NCBI GenBank assembly: GCA_963717505.1 | Contig: OY970342.1 | Coordinates: 4,098,541 to 4,162,540, forward strand | Direction: 5' to 3' | Origin: Candidatus Eiseniibacteriota bacterium | GTDB taxonomy: Bacteria; Eisenbacteria; RBG-16-71-46 | DNA: 64,000 bases | In this document: piece by piece, positions 37,318 through 48,350 of the stretch | Numbering within the stretch: the stretch's first letter is position 1 | Layout of the letters: each line of letters begins with the position of its first letter | Made by a program: the position numbers and the translations under genes | Notes under the pieces: generated by a model | Told to the model about the DNA's origin: nothing | Database searches by the model: none | Seen by the model: only the letters and a program-made list of their open reading frames with translations

Positions 37318-38820
37318 TCAGGGAAGTGGTTTGCCCCACAGGTCGCGGATCACCACCGGACCCTCGGCGAGCCCGGCGACGCCGCTCTCGATCGCCTTGC
37401 GATCGCCGACGATCACGACCGCCAGGTGATCGGGATCGATGTAGGTCTTGGCCACTCGCTGAACGTCGGCTGCCGTCACCTTACGAATCCCCGGGATCAA
37501 CGTGTCGTAGGTGTCGAGCGGCAGGTCGTGCGCGAGCAGATCCAGGTACTGGCCGGCGGCGCCGGAGGTGGTCTCGAACTCGCCGGGCAGGCCGAGAATG
37601 AGATACGACTTTGCCTTCTCCAGCTCGGTCGCCGGCACCGGCTGGTCGCGAATCGCGCGCAGCTCCTTGAAGAACTCGACCAGCGAGCTGTCGGTCTTGT
37701 CGGTGACCACCGACGCCGTCGCGAGAAACGGTCCAGCGAGCCGGCGCATGTCGAACCGCGAGCCCGCGCCGTAGGTATAGCCGCGGGTCTCGCGCAGGTT
37801 CATGTTGAGCCGCGAGGTGAACGAGCCACCGAGTATGGTGTTGAGCACCTGCAGCGCATGGTAGTCCGGGGTCGATCGCGCGACACCCGGATGTCCCATG
37901 CGGATCACCGACTGAGCCGCCCCGGGCTTGTCCACCAGGTAGAAGGTCCGCGGACCGGGCGCCGGCGGTTGCGCAACCGGCAGCGCCGGCACCTCCGCCT
38001 TCGCCCACTCGCCAAAGCGCGCGGTCACGAGTTTCTTGGCTTCTGCAGGCGTGATGTCGCCGACTATCAGTAGCCGCGCGACGTTCGGGCGATAGAATTT
38101 CTCGTAGAACCCGGTGACCCGGGCCCGGTCGAGCCGTGCCGTCGATTCCTCGGTGCCGCCGGATGGGCGTCCATACGGATGCGCGGAACCAAACACGATC
38201 GCATCGAACGCGATCGGCGCCATCGAGGTCGGCTGATCGCGCAACTGGAGCAACGCGTTCGAACGCAGCTCGCGCTGGCGGACGATCTCCGAGTCGGCGA
38301 ATGCGGGCCGCAGGACGACGTCGGCCATCAGTCCGAGGGCGGCATCGAGCCGCCGCTTGAGCGAGTGCAGGCGAACGGTCGCGTGCTCCGCACCCGCCGC
38401 CGACGACAAGGTCGCGCCGAGGAACGCGATCTCGTCCGCGAGCCCCAGGGCATCGCGGCCGCCGGCGCCTTCGTCGAGCATGTTGGCGACGAACGTCGCG
38501 AGACCGGGAAGGTCCTCGGGATCCCGCGATGCCCCCGCGCTCAGGATCAGCGTGACGTCGACCACCGGCACTTCGTGCATCTCGACCACGGCCAGCTCGA
38601 GCCCGTTCGGCAGTGTCTGGGTCTGGACTTTGGGGAGCTTGAGCGGCGGGGCTTCGGCGACCTTGGGCTGCTGGGTGCGGTCGACGTCTGCGGCCTGGAC
38701 TAGGGCGGCACCCGCGGCCAGGCCGGCCAGGATCAACGCCGCCACCGCACCCGACCACCGACGGGCACGCGGCGCGGCCGATGGCGTGATTGCCTCCGAA
38801 TTATTCGCGGCCGGGTTCAT
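37318..38820 (-). CDS. M16B peptidase, non-catalytic subunit
   Basis: LPNGL, GLATFVANMLDEG (no HXXEH), GGSFTSRLNMNLRETRGYTY. Confidence 0.9.
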   Translation of the reverse strand: MNPAANNSEAITPSAAPRARRWSGAVAALILAGLAAGAALVQAADVDRTQQPKVAEAPPLKLPKVQTQTLPNGLELAVVEMHEVPVVDVTLILSAGASRDPEDLPGLATFVANMLDEGAGGRDALGLADEIAFLGATLSSAAGAEHATVRLHSLKRRLDAALGLMADVVLRPAFADSEIVRQRELRSNALLQLRDQPTSMAPIAFDAIVFGSAHPYGRPSGGTEESTARLDRARVTGFYEKFYRPNVARLLIVGDITPAEAKKLVTARFGEWAKAEVPALPVAQPPAPGPRTFYLVDKPGAAQSVIRMGHPGVARSTPDYHALQVLNTILGGSFTSRLNMNLRETRGYTYGAGSRFDMRRLAGPFLATASVVTDKTDSSLVEFFKELRAIRDQPVPATELEKAKSYLILGLPGEFETTSGAAGQYLDLLAHDLPLDTYDTLIPGIRKVTAADVQRVAKTYIDPDHLAVVIVGDRKAIESGVAGLAEGPVVIRDLWGKPLP

Positions 38821-40199
38821 GGCTGACCTCCCGGGCTGACCGCCAGGTCGGTCTTTCCCTGGGGCACGACCGACAGCACCACGCGCTTGGCGCCTCGAAC
38901 GTAGCGTTGCGCCACGCGCTGGACGTCCGCGGGTTTCACCGCGCGATAGCGCGCGAGGTCCTTCTCGAAATAGTCCGGCTCGCCGGTGTAGAAGTTGTAA
39001 TGGTTGAGCTGGTTCGCCTTGCCGCCGAACCCGCCGACCGACTCCATCGAGCCCACGAACTCGGCCTCGAACGCGTTGAGCACGCGATCCATTTCACGCT
39101 GCGACGGCGGCGCCTCCGCGATGCGCTTCATCTCCTCATCGAGCACGCCCTGAAGCTCGTTCAGCGTGTGGCCGGGGCGTGCGGTCGCGTAGACCACGAA
39201 CTTGCCGTCGCGGCGCCCGGCGTCCTGATAGGACGTGACCTGGTTGGCGATCTGCATCTCGTAGACCAGGCGCTTGTACAGGCGCGATGACTTGCCCCCC
39301 GCGAGAATCTGCGAGAGCACCGTGAGCGCGGCGTCGTCCGGGGCAAACGTCGCGGTCGAGTGCCACGCGTTATAGACGCGCGGCAGCTGGACGCGGTCCT
39401 CGAGCACGCCGTGAACGTCGGCTTCGAGGGCGAAGCCGGGGGTCTCGGTGCGCTGGACCTCGGGACCGCGGGGAATGCCCCCGAACCAGGTCTCGGCCAG
39501 CTTCCTGGCATCCGCCGGCTTGATGTCGCCGGCGATCACGATCGTCGCGTTGTTCGGCGTGTAGTAGGTCTTGAAGAATTCGCGCACGTCGTCGATCGAC
39601 GCCGCCGACAGATCGTCCATCGAGCCGATCACCGGCCAGCGATAGGGGTGCCCTTCGGGATACATGCGCGCCAGGATGTTCTCCTCGGCGAGCCCGTAGG
39701 GACGGTTCTCGTAGCTCTGGCGCCGCTCGTTCTTGACCACCCCGCGCTGGATGTCGACCTTCTCGGGCGTGATTTCCGGCAGCAGGAAACCCAGGCGGTC
39801 CGAGTCCAGCCACATCATCACCGGCAGGGCGGTGGCCGGCCCGTCTTCGTAGTAGTTGGTGCGATCCTCGGACGTGGAACCGTTGTTCGAAGCGCCTGCG
39901 GCCTCGAGCAATCGATCGAAGTCCCCGGTCGGCACGTTTTTCGATCCCATGAACATGATGTGCTCGAACAAATGGGCGAAGCCGGTGCGGCCGGGTTTCT
40001 CGTCGCTCGAACCCACGTGATACCAGGTGTTCACCGACAGGATCGGCACCGAGTGGTCCTCGTGCAGGATCACTTTGAGGCCGTTGGTGAGTGTGAAGGT
40101 CTGGTAGGGCACCTTGAGGGCTTGCGCCCCGGCGGGTCCGGCGGTGGACACCGCCAGCGCCAGGATCGCGCACGCGATCGGCGCGTGGGTTCGTTTCAT
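38817..40199 (-). CDS. M16B zinc peptidase, catalytic subunit
   Basis: Signal peptide, WYHVGS, GFAHLFEH (HXXEH), NERRQ, HPY-WPVIG. Confidence 0.93.
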   Translation of the reverse strand: MKRTHAPIACAILALAVSTAGPAGAQALKVPYQTFTLTNGLKVILHEDHSVPILSVNTWYHVGSSDEKPGRTGFAHLFEHIMFMGSKNVPTGDFDRLLEAAGASNNGSTSEDRTNYYEDGPATALPVMMWLDSDRLGFLLPEITPEKVDIQRGVVKNERRQSYENRPYGLAEENILARMYPEGHPYRWPVIGSMDDLSAASIDDVREFFKTYYTPNNATIVIAGDIKPADARKLAETWFGGIPRGPEVQRTETPGFALEADVHGVLEDRVQLPRVYNAWHSTATFAPDDAALTVLSQILAGGKSSRLYKRLVYEMQIANQVTSYQDAGRRDGKFVVYATARPGHTLNELQGVLDEEMKRIAEAPPSQREMDRVLNAFEAEFVGSMESVGGFGGKANQLNHYNFYTGEPDYFEKDLARYRAVKPADVQRVAQRYVRGAKRVVLSVVPQGKTDLAVSPGGQP

Positions 40200-40417
40200 G
40201 GTTCCTCCGAAGTCGTCGGGGTGGAATGCGCGCAGGCGAGATTAGAGCGGACTGGAGTCGGGCGCCAGCGTATGCACCTGAGGCTCGACAAGCGCGGTCG
40301 AAGCGAGGACCGGCGCGGCGCGGCACACGATTCGCCGCGGCTTGCCCCACCGCACCGGTGAAGGCAGACTGCCAGCCGTTCCCGTCGTCCTCAACATGGA
40401 AGCAAGGAGGCCATCTC

Positions 40418-41776
40418 ATGCGACGATTGGCCATCGGGTGGATCGGCCTGTTGTTGGTCCCCAGCGCACTGCACGCACAGATCAACGCAACGACCTCGGG
40501 CCCCCCGCTGCTTCCCAACTACGAGCGGGTGCCGGTCGGCGAGCGCGAGGCGCTCGAGGCCGGGGCCTACATCGCCCGCACCTCCGACCCCAATGCCAAC
40601 TGGTACAACCCGGCCGGCCTGGCCCTGATCGAGCGCACCGGCGCCAACCTGAGCGCGAGCGCCTACGAGGCGACGACGATCGAAGTCGCGAGCCTCAAAC
40701 AGAAGACCAACAGCTTGCGGCTGTCACCCCTGGGCGCGTTCTTTGGCTTGGGCATCGCCGAGCCCCTGACCTCCTCGCCCAACCTTCGTTTCGGCTTCTT
40801 CATCGCGCGCCCGATCGCCTGGCAGACCGGAACGCTGGACGAGCAGGCGTCCGTGAACCCACAGACCGTGTTCGGTGTAACCAGCGATGTCACGCTCACG
40901 CGCATGGAACCGGGCGTCGCAATCGGCGTTCGGGTCAACGATCGCTTCCGCCTCGGCGGCTCGCTGGGGGTCTCGACCACTACCCTCGACCTGAGCCAGG
41001 ACATCATGCTGAGCTACGCGGACGCGGACTCGTCGTCGAACACGCGTCGCACGCTGGCCGCGGTCGGCACGTCGTGGCATTTGGTTCCGAAGATCGGCCT
41101 GCAGTACGACATCAGCGACCGGTGGCGCGCCGGCCTGGTGGCGTCCGCACCCGGGATCCAAATGATGGGGTCGACCCGGGTTTCGCTGAAAATCAGCAGC
41201 TATGCCAGCGAGGATCGCTACCGCGACATCAACTTCCGCGACGAGGAAGCCGACTTCGAGTACCGGCTGCCCTACTTTGCTGGGCTCGGAATCGCGTGGA
41301 CCTACAGCCGCGGGTCGATCGAGGGCACCGTTCGTCACTATGGCGGGAGCGACGAATACGACATGGTGTCCACCGAGGTCCTGGGCCAGCGGGTCGATGC
41401 CATCGGCGGCAGTCCACCCGCGATCACGGCCGTGACTGTCTCCCCGATCACCAACTCGTGGGCGGAAGTCACCAACTTCGCGCTGGGTGGCAACTATGAA
41501 TTCTCGAACACGCTGCGGTTCCACTTCGGCGTCCACTCGGACCAATCCCCGGTCGAAGATCCTGCCACCTCGATCTTCCGCCAGGTGAACCTGGTCGGCG
41601 GCACCACCGGCCTCTCCTATCAGGGAACGACGTTCGGCGCCTCGATCGGGCTCGGATATTCCGCGGGCAGCTCCGATCCGATTCCGGTCTTTCCCGGCTT
41701 CTCGACCAACCCGGTCGAAACCGAGTTCAAGGTCAGCACGTTCCGGGCGACGTATTCGTTTTCCGCCCGATTCTAG
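40418..41776 (+). CDS. Outer-membrane beta-barrel, FadL/TodX-like
   Basis: SD AAGGAGG, signal peptide, hatch motif WYNPAGL, terminal Phe (YSFSARF). Confidence 0.75.
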   Translation: MRRLAIGWIGLLLVPSALHAQINATTSGPPLLPNYERVPVGEREALEAGAYIARTSDPNANWYNPAGLALIERTGANLSASAYEATTIEVASLKQKTNSLRLSPLGAFFGLGIAEPLTSSPNLRFGFFIARPIAWQTGTLDEQASVNPQTVFGVTSDVTLTRMEPGVAIGVRVNDRFRLGGSLGVSTTTLDLSQDIMLSYADADSSSNTRRTLAAVGTSWHLVPKIGLQYDISDRWRAGLVASAPGIQMMGSTRVSLKISSYASEDRYRDINFRDEEADFEYRLPYFAGLGIAWTYSRGSIEGTVRHYGGSDEYDMVSTEVLGQRVDAIGGSPPAITAVTVSPITNSWAEVTNFALGGNYEFSNTLRFHFGVHSDQSPVEDPATSIFRQVNLVGGTTGLSYQGTTFGASIGLGYSAGSSDPIPVFPGFSTNPVETEFKVSTFRATYSFSARF

Positions 41777-42313
41777 TCAGCGACCCGGGTGGATCGGGGG
41801 CCGCGCCGTGCCTTCGAACTCGAGTTTGGACTTGCCGATCTCGATCTGCGGGCCGAGTTCGTAGACGTTCCGGTAGCCATAGTCGTAGAGCGCGATGTAG
41901 GTCGAGAGGTTGAGCGAGGCGGTCATCAGCTTCCTCGGGAACGGACCTTCGGCGCCTTCGAAGTTGTTGTTGCAGTAGATCAGGATCCGGACGCTCTTGT
42001 CGGGGAGCATGCGATCGAGGCTCTCGATCGTGATGTCGGGGAAGCTCAGGTGGAGCGCGCCCTTGATGTGCAGCTCCTCATACTTCTCCCGGCTGCGCGC
42101 GTCGAGGATCACGGTGCCCGGCTCGTGACTCATCTTGATGAACTCGGCCTCGGTGAGCCGGCGCGGGTCGCGATGGAGTGCGGCGTCGCGGGCCACGCTG
42201 AGGTAGCCGGCCATGTCGATGTTCGGGTTGACGATGGGTGGCCGCTCGTCGGCGGCGCCGGGGACGGCGAAGGCGACGAGGCACAGAGCGAGAATCAGGG
42301 CTAGACGGCGCAT
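41777..42313 (-). CDS. Exported rhodanese-like domain protein
   Basis: Signal peptide, ILDARS, HIKGA, ILIYCNNNF, GYRNVYEL. Confidence 0.85.
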   Translation of the reverse strand: MRRLALILALCLVAFAVPGAADERPPIVNPNIDMAGYLSVARDAALHRDPRRLTEAEFIKMSHEPGTVILDARSREKYEELHIKGALHLSFPDITIESLDRMLPDKSVRILIYCNNNFEGAEGPFPRKLMTASLNLSTYIALYDYGYRNVYELGPQIEIGKSKLEFEGTARPPIHPGR

Positions 42314-42351
42314 GGTGTGACTCCTCCCAGGGTGCGTACGCTCCGATCTAC

Positions 42352-42367
42352 TGCAATCATCACGCCG
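42352..42367 (-). promoter_or_regulatory. Putative sigma54 promoter
   Basis: CGGCGTGATGATTGCA (GG-N10-GC) about 40 nt before the rhodanese ATG. Confidence 0.5.
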
Positions 42368-42569
42368 CACCTTCGGCGGTTTCCAGAGCCAAGTCGCTCC
42401 GAGTGGTCATCCCCGGGCAAAATCATCGTCGATGCCTCGATCCAGTGCGCTTCGCGATCGGTCGAGGCCGAGCGCCTGACGCCACCTTGACCATCCACGC
42501 CGGAATCCCGTTTCCTATCGCGTCCGCACCCCGCCGGTGCGGGGCTCCGACCCGCCATCGCGAGGTTCC

Positions 42570-44120
42570 GTGAACCGAGAGCAACGACTCGAAGAGCTGC
42601 GCCGCCGCCGCGCCGAATCCGTCGCCGGAGGCGGCGAGGACCGGATCGCCAAGCAACACGCCAAAGGCTGCCTCACCGCCCGCGAGCGGATGGACCTGCT
42701 GCTCGACCCGGGCTCGTTCGTCGAGATCGGCGCGTTCGTCACCCACCGCAGCCACGACTTCGGCATGGACCAGCGCCGCATCACCGGCGATGGCGTGGTC
42801 GCCGGATGGGGCACCGTCGACGGCCGTCTGGTCTACGCCTTCGCCCAGGACTTCACTGTGTTCGGCGGCACGATGAGCGAGGCCAACGCCAAGAAGATCT
42901 GCGCGGTCATGGACCTGGCGATGGACAACGGCGCACCGGTGATCGGGCTCAACGACTCGGGGGGCGCGCGCATCCAGGAGGGCGTGGTCTCGCTCGGCGC
43001 CTACGCCGACGTCTTTCTACGCAACACATTGGCGTCAGGGGTCGTGCCTCAGATCTCGGCGATCATGGGCCCGTGCGCCGGTGGTGCCGTCTACTCGCCG
43101 GCGATCACCGACTTCACGCTGATGGTCGAGGGCACGAGCCACATGTTCGTGACCGGCCCCGAAGTGATCAAGGCGGTGACCGCCGAAGAAGTGTCGTTCG
43201 AGGACCTAGGCGGCGCCATGACCCACAATACGAAGAGCGGAGTCGCGCACTTCGCGGCGCGCGACGACGCCGACGGCATTCGCACCATCCGACGGCTCCT
43301 GTCGTTCCTGCCCTCGAACTGCATGGAGGATGCGCCGCGCCGAGCGTCGACCGACCCGGTCGAGCGGCGCGACGCCGTCCTCGACACCCTGGTGCCCGAG
43401 TCCTCCGACAAGCCTTACGACATGAAGGAAGTGGTCCGGCGTGTGATCGACGACGGCGACTTCCTCGAAGTCCACGAGCACTTCGCCCAGAACATCGTGG
43501 TCGGCTTCGCGCGGTTGAACGGCCGCCCGGTCGGCGTCGTCGGCAACCAGCCGCAGGTACTGGCCGGCGTGCTCGACATCGACTCGTCGGTCAAGGGGGC
43601 CCGCTTCGTGCGCTTCTGCGACGCATTCAACATTCCGCTCGTGACCTTTGAAGACGTCCCGGGATTCCTGCCCGGCACCCGCCAGGAATGGGGCGGCATC
43701 ATCCGCCATGGCGCCAAGCTGCTCTACGCCTACTGCGAGGCCACCGTGCCCAAACTGACCGTGGTGGTGCGCAAGGCCTATGGCGGCGCCTACGACGTCA
43801 TGTCGAGCAAGCACATCCGCGGCGACTACAACGTCGCCTGGCCGAGCGCCGAGATGGCGGTGATGGGCGCTGACGGCGCGGTCAACATCCTCTACCGCGA
43901 GGAGCTGGCCAAGGCCAAGGACGCGGCCGCCGAGCGCAAGAAGCTGATCGGCGAATACAACGACAAGTTCGCGAGCCCCTGGGCCGCCGCCGAGCTGGGC
44001 TACCTGGACGACGTCATCGAGCCGCGCGACACCCGCCCCAAACTGATCGCCGCCCTCGAGATGCTCCAGCACAAGCGGCAGAGCCTGCCGTTCAAGAAGC
44101 ACGGTAACCCGCCGCTGTAA
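42570..44120 (+). CDS. Acyl-CoA carboxylase carboxyltransferase (PccB / MmdA family)
   Basis: [62 protein letters not shown]. Confidence 0.95.
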   Translation: MNREQRLEELRRRRAESVAGGGEDRIAKQHAKGCLTARERMDLLLDPGSFVEIGAFVTHRSHDFGMDQRRITGDGVVAGWGTVDGRLVYAFAQDFTVFGGTMSEANAKKICAVMDLAMDNGAPVIGLNDSGGARIQEGVVSLGAYADVFLRNTLASGVVPQISAIMGPCAGGAVYSPAITDFTLMVEGTSHMFVTGPEVIKAVTAEEVSFEDLGGAMTHNTKSGVAHFAARDDADGIRTIRRLLSFLPSNCMEDAPRRASTDPVERRDAVLDTLVPESSDKPYDMKEVVRRVIDDGDFLEVHEHFAQNIVVGFARLNGRPVGVVGNQPQVLAGVLDIDSSVKGARFVRFCDAFNIPLVTFEDVPGFLPGTRQEWGGIIRHGAKLLYAYCEATVPKLTVVVRKAYGGAYDVMSSKHIRGDYNVAWPSAEMAVMGADGAVNILYREELAKAKDAAAERKKLIGEYNDKFASPWAAAELGYLDDVIEPRDTRPKLIAALEMLQHKRQSLPFKKHGNPPL

Positions 44121-44251
44121 TTCGCGCGCGCCAAGCACTTCACCAGTCCACACTTCGTCATGAACGCGTGCTGTCGGGCATCGGGCGATGCCACGACCTC
44201 CATTTCGCCCGCCTTCGGCGCGCCTGCGACGTAATCTTCTGAACTTGCGGG

Positions 44252-44267
44252 TGGCCCCAGGCTTGCA
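44252..44267 (+). promoter_or_regulatory. Putative sigma54 promoter
   Basis: TGGCCCCAGGCTTGCA (GG-N10-GC) upstream of the redoxin-like gene. Confidence 0.5.
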
Positions 44268-44330
44268 CTGAAAACTCCGGGGATGGCTTGGCCGCACTGT
44301 GTCTTTTTCCGCAAGTCCTGGAGACTCGCT

Positions 44331-44951
44331 ATGCCCCGCCGCGCCCTCGTGCTGCTCTCGTTCATGATCGTCGCTGCTACCGGTGCTCACGCGGTCGAGC
44401 ACTCCACCCCTTCCCCGCCCGGAGCTACATCGGATCGTCCGGGCGCTCGAAGTCCGATCGCGTCCTCGACCGGAAGGCCCTTCTTCGAGGTCGGCGATCG
44501 AGCTCCCGACTTCTCCTTCATCGGCACCGACGGCCACTGGCACGTCCTCGGCGACCTCCTGTCGCACGGCGACGTCCTGCTGGTATTCGGGGCGCGCGAG
44601 GACGCGCTGCGCGACCTCGAATCGGTGCGATCTGTGTTCGGCGACCTGGGCGTTCAGCCGGTCGCGGTGCTCGACATGAGCGCGGGCTCGGCGGCACGCT
44701 ATTCCCGGCGCCTCGAACTCGGGATTCGGATCGTCAGCGACGCCCAGTGCGCGATCGGCGATCTGTTCGGCAGCCTCGACCCGTCCACGCGGCGCCACGC
44801 GCCCGGTTACTTCGTGGTCGACAGCAAGGGCCGGATCCGCGCCTATCGACGCGGTCCGCTGCCATCGGCGCGCAGGCTACTCGCGGCCGCGGCGCGCGGG
44901 CTGTCGCGCCCGCTGCCCGAATCGGCCTGGCTGCTGTCGAAGGCCTACTGA
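44331..44951 (+). CDS. Exported redoxin/AhpC-TSA-fold protein lacking the active-site Cys
   Basis: Signal AHA; VGDRAPDFSF, IVSD, YFVVDSKGRIR. Confidence 0.65.
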   Translation: MPRRALVLLSFMIVAATGAHAVEHSTPSPPGATSDRPGARSPIASSTGRPFFEVGDRAPDFSFIGTDGHWHVLGDLLSHGDVLLVFGAREDALRDLESVRSVFGDLGVQPVAVLDMSAGSAARYSRRLELGIRIVSDAQCAIGDLFGSLDPSTRRHAPGYFVVDSKGRIRAYRRGPLPSARRLLAAAARGLSRPLPESAWLLSKAY

Positions 44952-44953
44952 GC

Positions 44954-46021
44954 CTAGACCACCAGCATCGCGTCGCCGTACGAGTAGAAGCGGTAGTCGT
45001 GCTCGATCGCGTGCGCGTAGGCCGCGCGCACGCGGTCCTGGCCGGCGAACGCCGCGACCAGCAACAGCAGCGTGGTGCGCGGCAGGTGGAAATTGGTGAC
45101 CAGCGCGTCCACTAGACGGAAGTCGTAGGGCGGCAGGATGTATTTCTCGGTCCAGCCGCGGGCGGCGCCGATCCGGCCGCCGTTCGCGTCGCACGCCGAC
45201 TCGAGCGCGCGCACCACGGTCGTACCGACCGCGACGATTCGTCCGCCTGACAGGCGCGTCGCGCGCAGCGTCTCGGCCGCGACATCGCCGACCTCGAACC
45301 ACTCGGCGTCCATCCGGTGCCGGGTCGGGTCGCTCGCGGTCACCGGGCGAAACGTCCCCGGCCCGACGTGGAGCAGCACCCGCGCGATCTGCACGCCGCC
45401 GGCTTCGAGCGAAGCGACCAGCTCCTGCGAGAAGTGGAGCCCGGCAGTCGGCGCCGCCACCGCCCCCTCCTCGCGCGCGAACACGGTCTGGTAGCGCTCG
45501 CGATCGTCGGGCTCGGGGTCGCGCCCGAGGTAGGGCGGCAACGGGACTTCGCCGATGCGCGCCAGGGTTTCGGTGACGTTGCCGGCGACCACGCGCACGA
45601 TGCGCTCGCCGTCGAGGCCGTGCGCGATGACTTCCACCACGAGCGAGCCGTCTTCGGAAGTGAGGCGGGTGCCCGGGGACGCGCGGCGCGCCGGTCCGGC
45701 CAGCACGCGCCACGAGCCGTCGGGCTTGGGGTGCAGGAACAACAGCTCGACGCTGCCGCCGGTCGGTCGACGAACCTTGAGTCGCGCCATGCGAACGCGC
45801 GTGTCGTTGACCACCAACGTGTCGCCGGGCCGGAGCCAGCGCCCGATGCTCGCGAACGTAGCGTCGGTGAGCGCTCCGCTCTTCCGCTCGACCACGAGCA
45901 GGCGGGAATCCTCGCGACGCGCCGCCGGGTGCTGCGCAATGCGATCCGCGGGCAGCTCGTAGTCGAGATCTTCCAGACGCATGGGTACGGGCGTAGTACC
46001 CGCGACGATCGTGTCAGCCAA
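44954..46021 (-). CDS. queA: SAM:tRNA ribosyltransferase-isomerase
   Basis: [55 protein letters not shown]. Confidence 0.97.
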   Translation of the reverse strand: MADTIVAGTTPVPMRLEDLDYELPADRIAQHPAARREDSRLLVVERKSGALTDATFASIGRWLRPGDTLVVNDTRVRMARLKVRRPTGGSVELLFLHPKPDGSWRVLAGPARRASPGTRLTSEDGSLVVEVIAHGLDGERIVRVVAGNVTETLARIGEVPLPPYLGRDPEPDDRERYQTVFAREEGAVAAPTAGLHFSQELVASLEAGGVQIARVLLHVGPGTFRPVTASDPTRHRMDAEWFEVGDVAAETLRATRLSGGRIVAVGTTVVRALESACDANGGRIGAARGWTEKYILPPYDFRLVDALVTNFHLPRTTLLLLVAAFAGQDRVRAAYAHAIEHDYRFYSYGDAMLVV

Positions 46022-47081
46022 GCGGCAGCTCGGGCTGGCGCGACGGGACAGCGACTGGCGCCAAGCCCAGGTGCTCGTAGGCGAGCGGGGTCGCTTCGCG
46101 GCCGCGGGTCGTACGCTTGATGAAGCCTTCCTGGATCAGGAACGGCTCGTAGACGTCTTCGAGCGTCCCCGGCTCTTCGCCGACCACGACCGCCAGCGTG
46201 TTGAGCCCGACTGGACCGCCCTGGTACTTCCTGATCAGCGCGTCGAGCAGGCGCCGGTCCATCTCGTCGAGGCCGCGCTCGTCGACCTCCATCAGCCGAA
46301 GCGCCTCGCGGGTGACCGGCAGCGTCACCACGCCGTCGGCCTTGATCTGCGCGAAGTCGCGCACCCGGCGCAGCAGACGGTTCGCCACGCGCGGGGTGCC
46401 GCGCGCGCGCCGGGCGATCTCGACCGCCGCGTCGGAGTCGATCGCCACGCCGAGGATCCCCGCCGAACGGTGGACGATCCTGGCCAGGTCCTCGGCGGCG
46501 TAGTAGTCGAGCCGCAGGGTGACGCCGAAGCGTGACCGGAGTGGCGAGGACAGGAGCCCGGAGCGCGTCGTGGCGCCGACCAGCGTGAAGCGCTCGAGCG
46601 GGATCTTGAGCGATCGGGCATTGGGGCCGCGGTCGAGCAGAATGTCGAGCGTGAAGTCCTCCAGTGCGGGATAGAGGTATTCCTCGACCACCGGGCTCAT
46701 GCGGTGGATCTCGTCCACGAACAAAATGCCGCGCGGGCCGAGGTTGGTGAGCAGCCCCGCGAGATCCCCCGCCTTCTCGACCACCGGCCCCGAGGTGTGC
46801 GTGATCTCCACACCCAGCTCGGCGGCCAGGATCGAAGCCAGCGTGGTCTTGCCGAGCCCGGGCGGGCCGTGGAACAGCACGTGGTCCAAGGCGTCGCCGC
46901 GGCGGCGCGCGGCTTCGAGGAAGATGCGCAGCTGCTCCTTGAGCGCCGGCTGGCCGACGAAGTCGTCGAGCCGTGAAGGCCGAAGCTTCGGCTCTTCCTG
47001 GAGGTCTTCGCCGAACGGCTCCGGATCGGCGAGCCGCGCCGGATGATCGGAGCGAGATGTCTTGCCGGGGGCGTTTTTCAT
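46014..47081 (-). CDS. ruvB: Holliday junction helicase RuvB
   Basis: [37 protein letters not shown]. Confidence 0.98.
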   Translation of the reverse strand: MKNAPGKTSRSDHPARLADPEPFGEDLQEEPKLRPSRLDDFVGQPALKEQLRIFLEAARRRGDALDHVLFHGPPGLGKTTLASILAAELGVEITHTSGPVVEKAGDLAGLLTNLGPRGILFVDEIHRMSPVVEEYLYPALEDFTLDILLDRGPNARSLKIPLERFTLVGATTRSGLLSSPLRSRFGVTLRLDYYAAEDLARIVHRSAGILGVAIDSDAAVEIARRARGTPRVANRLLRRVRDFAQIKADGVVTLPVTREALRLMEVDERGLDEMDRRLLDALIRKYQGGPVGLNTLAVVVGEEPGTLEDVYEPFLIQEGFIKRTTRGREATPLAYEHLGLAPVAVPSRQPELPLG

Positions 47082-47089
47082 GGCCTTCC

Positions 47090-47725
47090 CTAGCGAGTAG
47101 CGGCCGCCTTGCCGAGCTGCGCCAGCGAGCGCCGCACCAGATCCTCGGCCGAGGCCTCGTCGAGCCCGGCACCCACCTGACGTACGACCTCCTGCGCCTG
47201 AGGCGCAGTGTACCCGAGTCGCACCAGAGCGGCGACCGCATCGTCGAATCGCTCCGAGCGCGGCAACACTCCGCGTGGCCCCGACGCCTTCGGCGCGGGT
47301 ACCGCCGCCGGCGCCAGCGGGAGACCTTCGAGCTTGTCGCGCAGCTCGACCACGAGCCGCTCCGCGGTCTTGCGTCCGATGCCCGGGATCGCGACCAGCA
47401 CGCCGACGTGCTCTTCGCGAATCGCGCGCGCGAGCGCCGCCGGGCGCAGTCCCGAGAGCACCGCGAGCGCCAGCTTGGGCCCCACCCCGCTGACGCTGGT
47501 CATCAGGTCGAAGAGCTTCAACTCCTCGGCGTCGGCGAAGCCGAACAATAGATGTGCGTCCTCGCGCACCACCTGGCGCGTGCGCAGGAACACTTCCTGG
47601 CCGCGCGGCGGCAGCGCCGCGACCGCGTGCGTGGAAAGGTGGAGCGCGTAGCCCACGCCGCCGGCCTCGATCACGCAGGTGCCGGCGCCGACGTCGATCA
47701 ACGTGCCGCGCAGCGATGCGATCAT
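47090..47725 (-). CDS. ruvA: Holliday junction binding protein RuvA
   Basis: [45 protein letters not shown]. Confidence 0.97.
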   Translation of the reverse strand: MIASLRGTLIDVGAGTCVIEAGGVGYALHLSTHAVAALPPRGQEVFLRTRQVVREDAHLLFGFADAEELKLFDLMTSVSGVGPKLALAVLSGLRPAALARAIREEHVGVLVAIPGIGRKTAERLVVELRDKLEGLPLAPAAVPAPKASGPRGVLPRSERFDDAVAALVRLGYTAPQAQEVVRQVGAGLDEASAEDLVRRSLAQLGKAAATR

Positions 47726-47799
47726 CGGTGGCCTCCCTGCCGGGCCCGAGGACCCGAGTGCTCGAGGTTCATCCCTGTCCCTCCCGGCTCGCGCTCGAG

Positions 47800-48348
47800 T
47801 TACGCCTGTCGCACCCCGCGGCGCGCGAGCAACGCCGCAAGGCCCTTGGCCGCGGCCGCGGCCGCCTGGCGCGTGTGGGTGCGTCCGGCGCGATTCCAGT
47901 GGCAGATCGCGACCGCGAGTCCGTCGGCGGCGTCGGACGAAAGGGCGCCTCGCAGCCCGAGCAGACGGCGGACCATGAACTCGACCTGCTGCTTGGAGGC
48001 CGCCCCGGTGCCGGCCACCGCCAGCTTGATCGTCCGGGGACTGTACTCGACCACGTCGAGTCCGCGCTCGATGGCTTGGACCAGCAGCGCCCCACGCACG
48101 TGCCCGAGCACCAGGGTCGAGCGAACGCTCTCGTGGTAGAACGCCTCCTCGACCGCGACCACGTCCGGCCGGTACTCGGCAATGATCTCGCCGATTCGAA
48201 CGCAGATCGCGTGAAGGCGCTTCGGCAAGTCCTCGCGCGCCGGGGCCTGGACGTGCCCCTGGGCCAGGGCGACGAGCCTGCTCCCCTGCTGCTCGACCAC
48301 GCCATAGCCGGTTCTCCGGCTCCCCGGGTCGAGCCCCAAGATGCGCAT
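47800..48348 (-). CDS. ruvC: Holliday junction resolvase RuvC
   Basis: ILGLDPG-TGYG, VEE-F, EYSP-IK-V-G-G-A-K-QV, DAAD-LAVA. Confidence 0.97.
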   Translation of the reverse strand: MRILGLDPGSRRTGYGVVEQQGSRLVALAQGHVQAPAREDLPKRLHAICVRIGEIIAEYRPDVVAVEEAFYHESVRSTLVLGHVRGALLVQAIERGLDVVEYSPRTIKLAVAGTGAASKQQVEFMVRRLLGLRGALSSDAADGLAVAICHWNRAGRTHTRQAAAAAAKGLAALLARRGVRQA

Positions 48349-48350
48349 GA

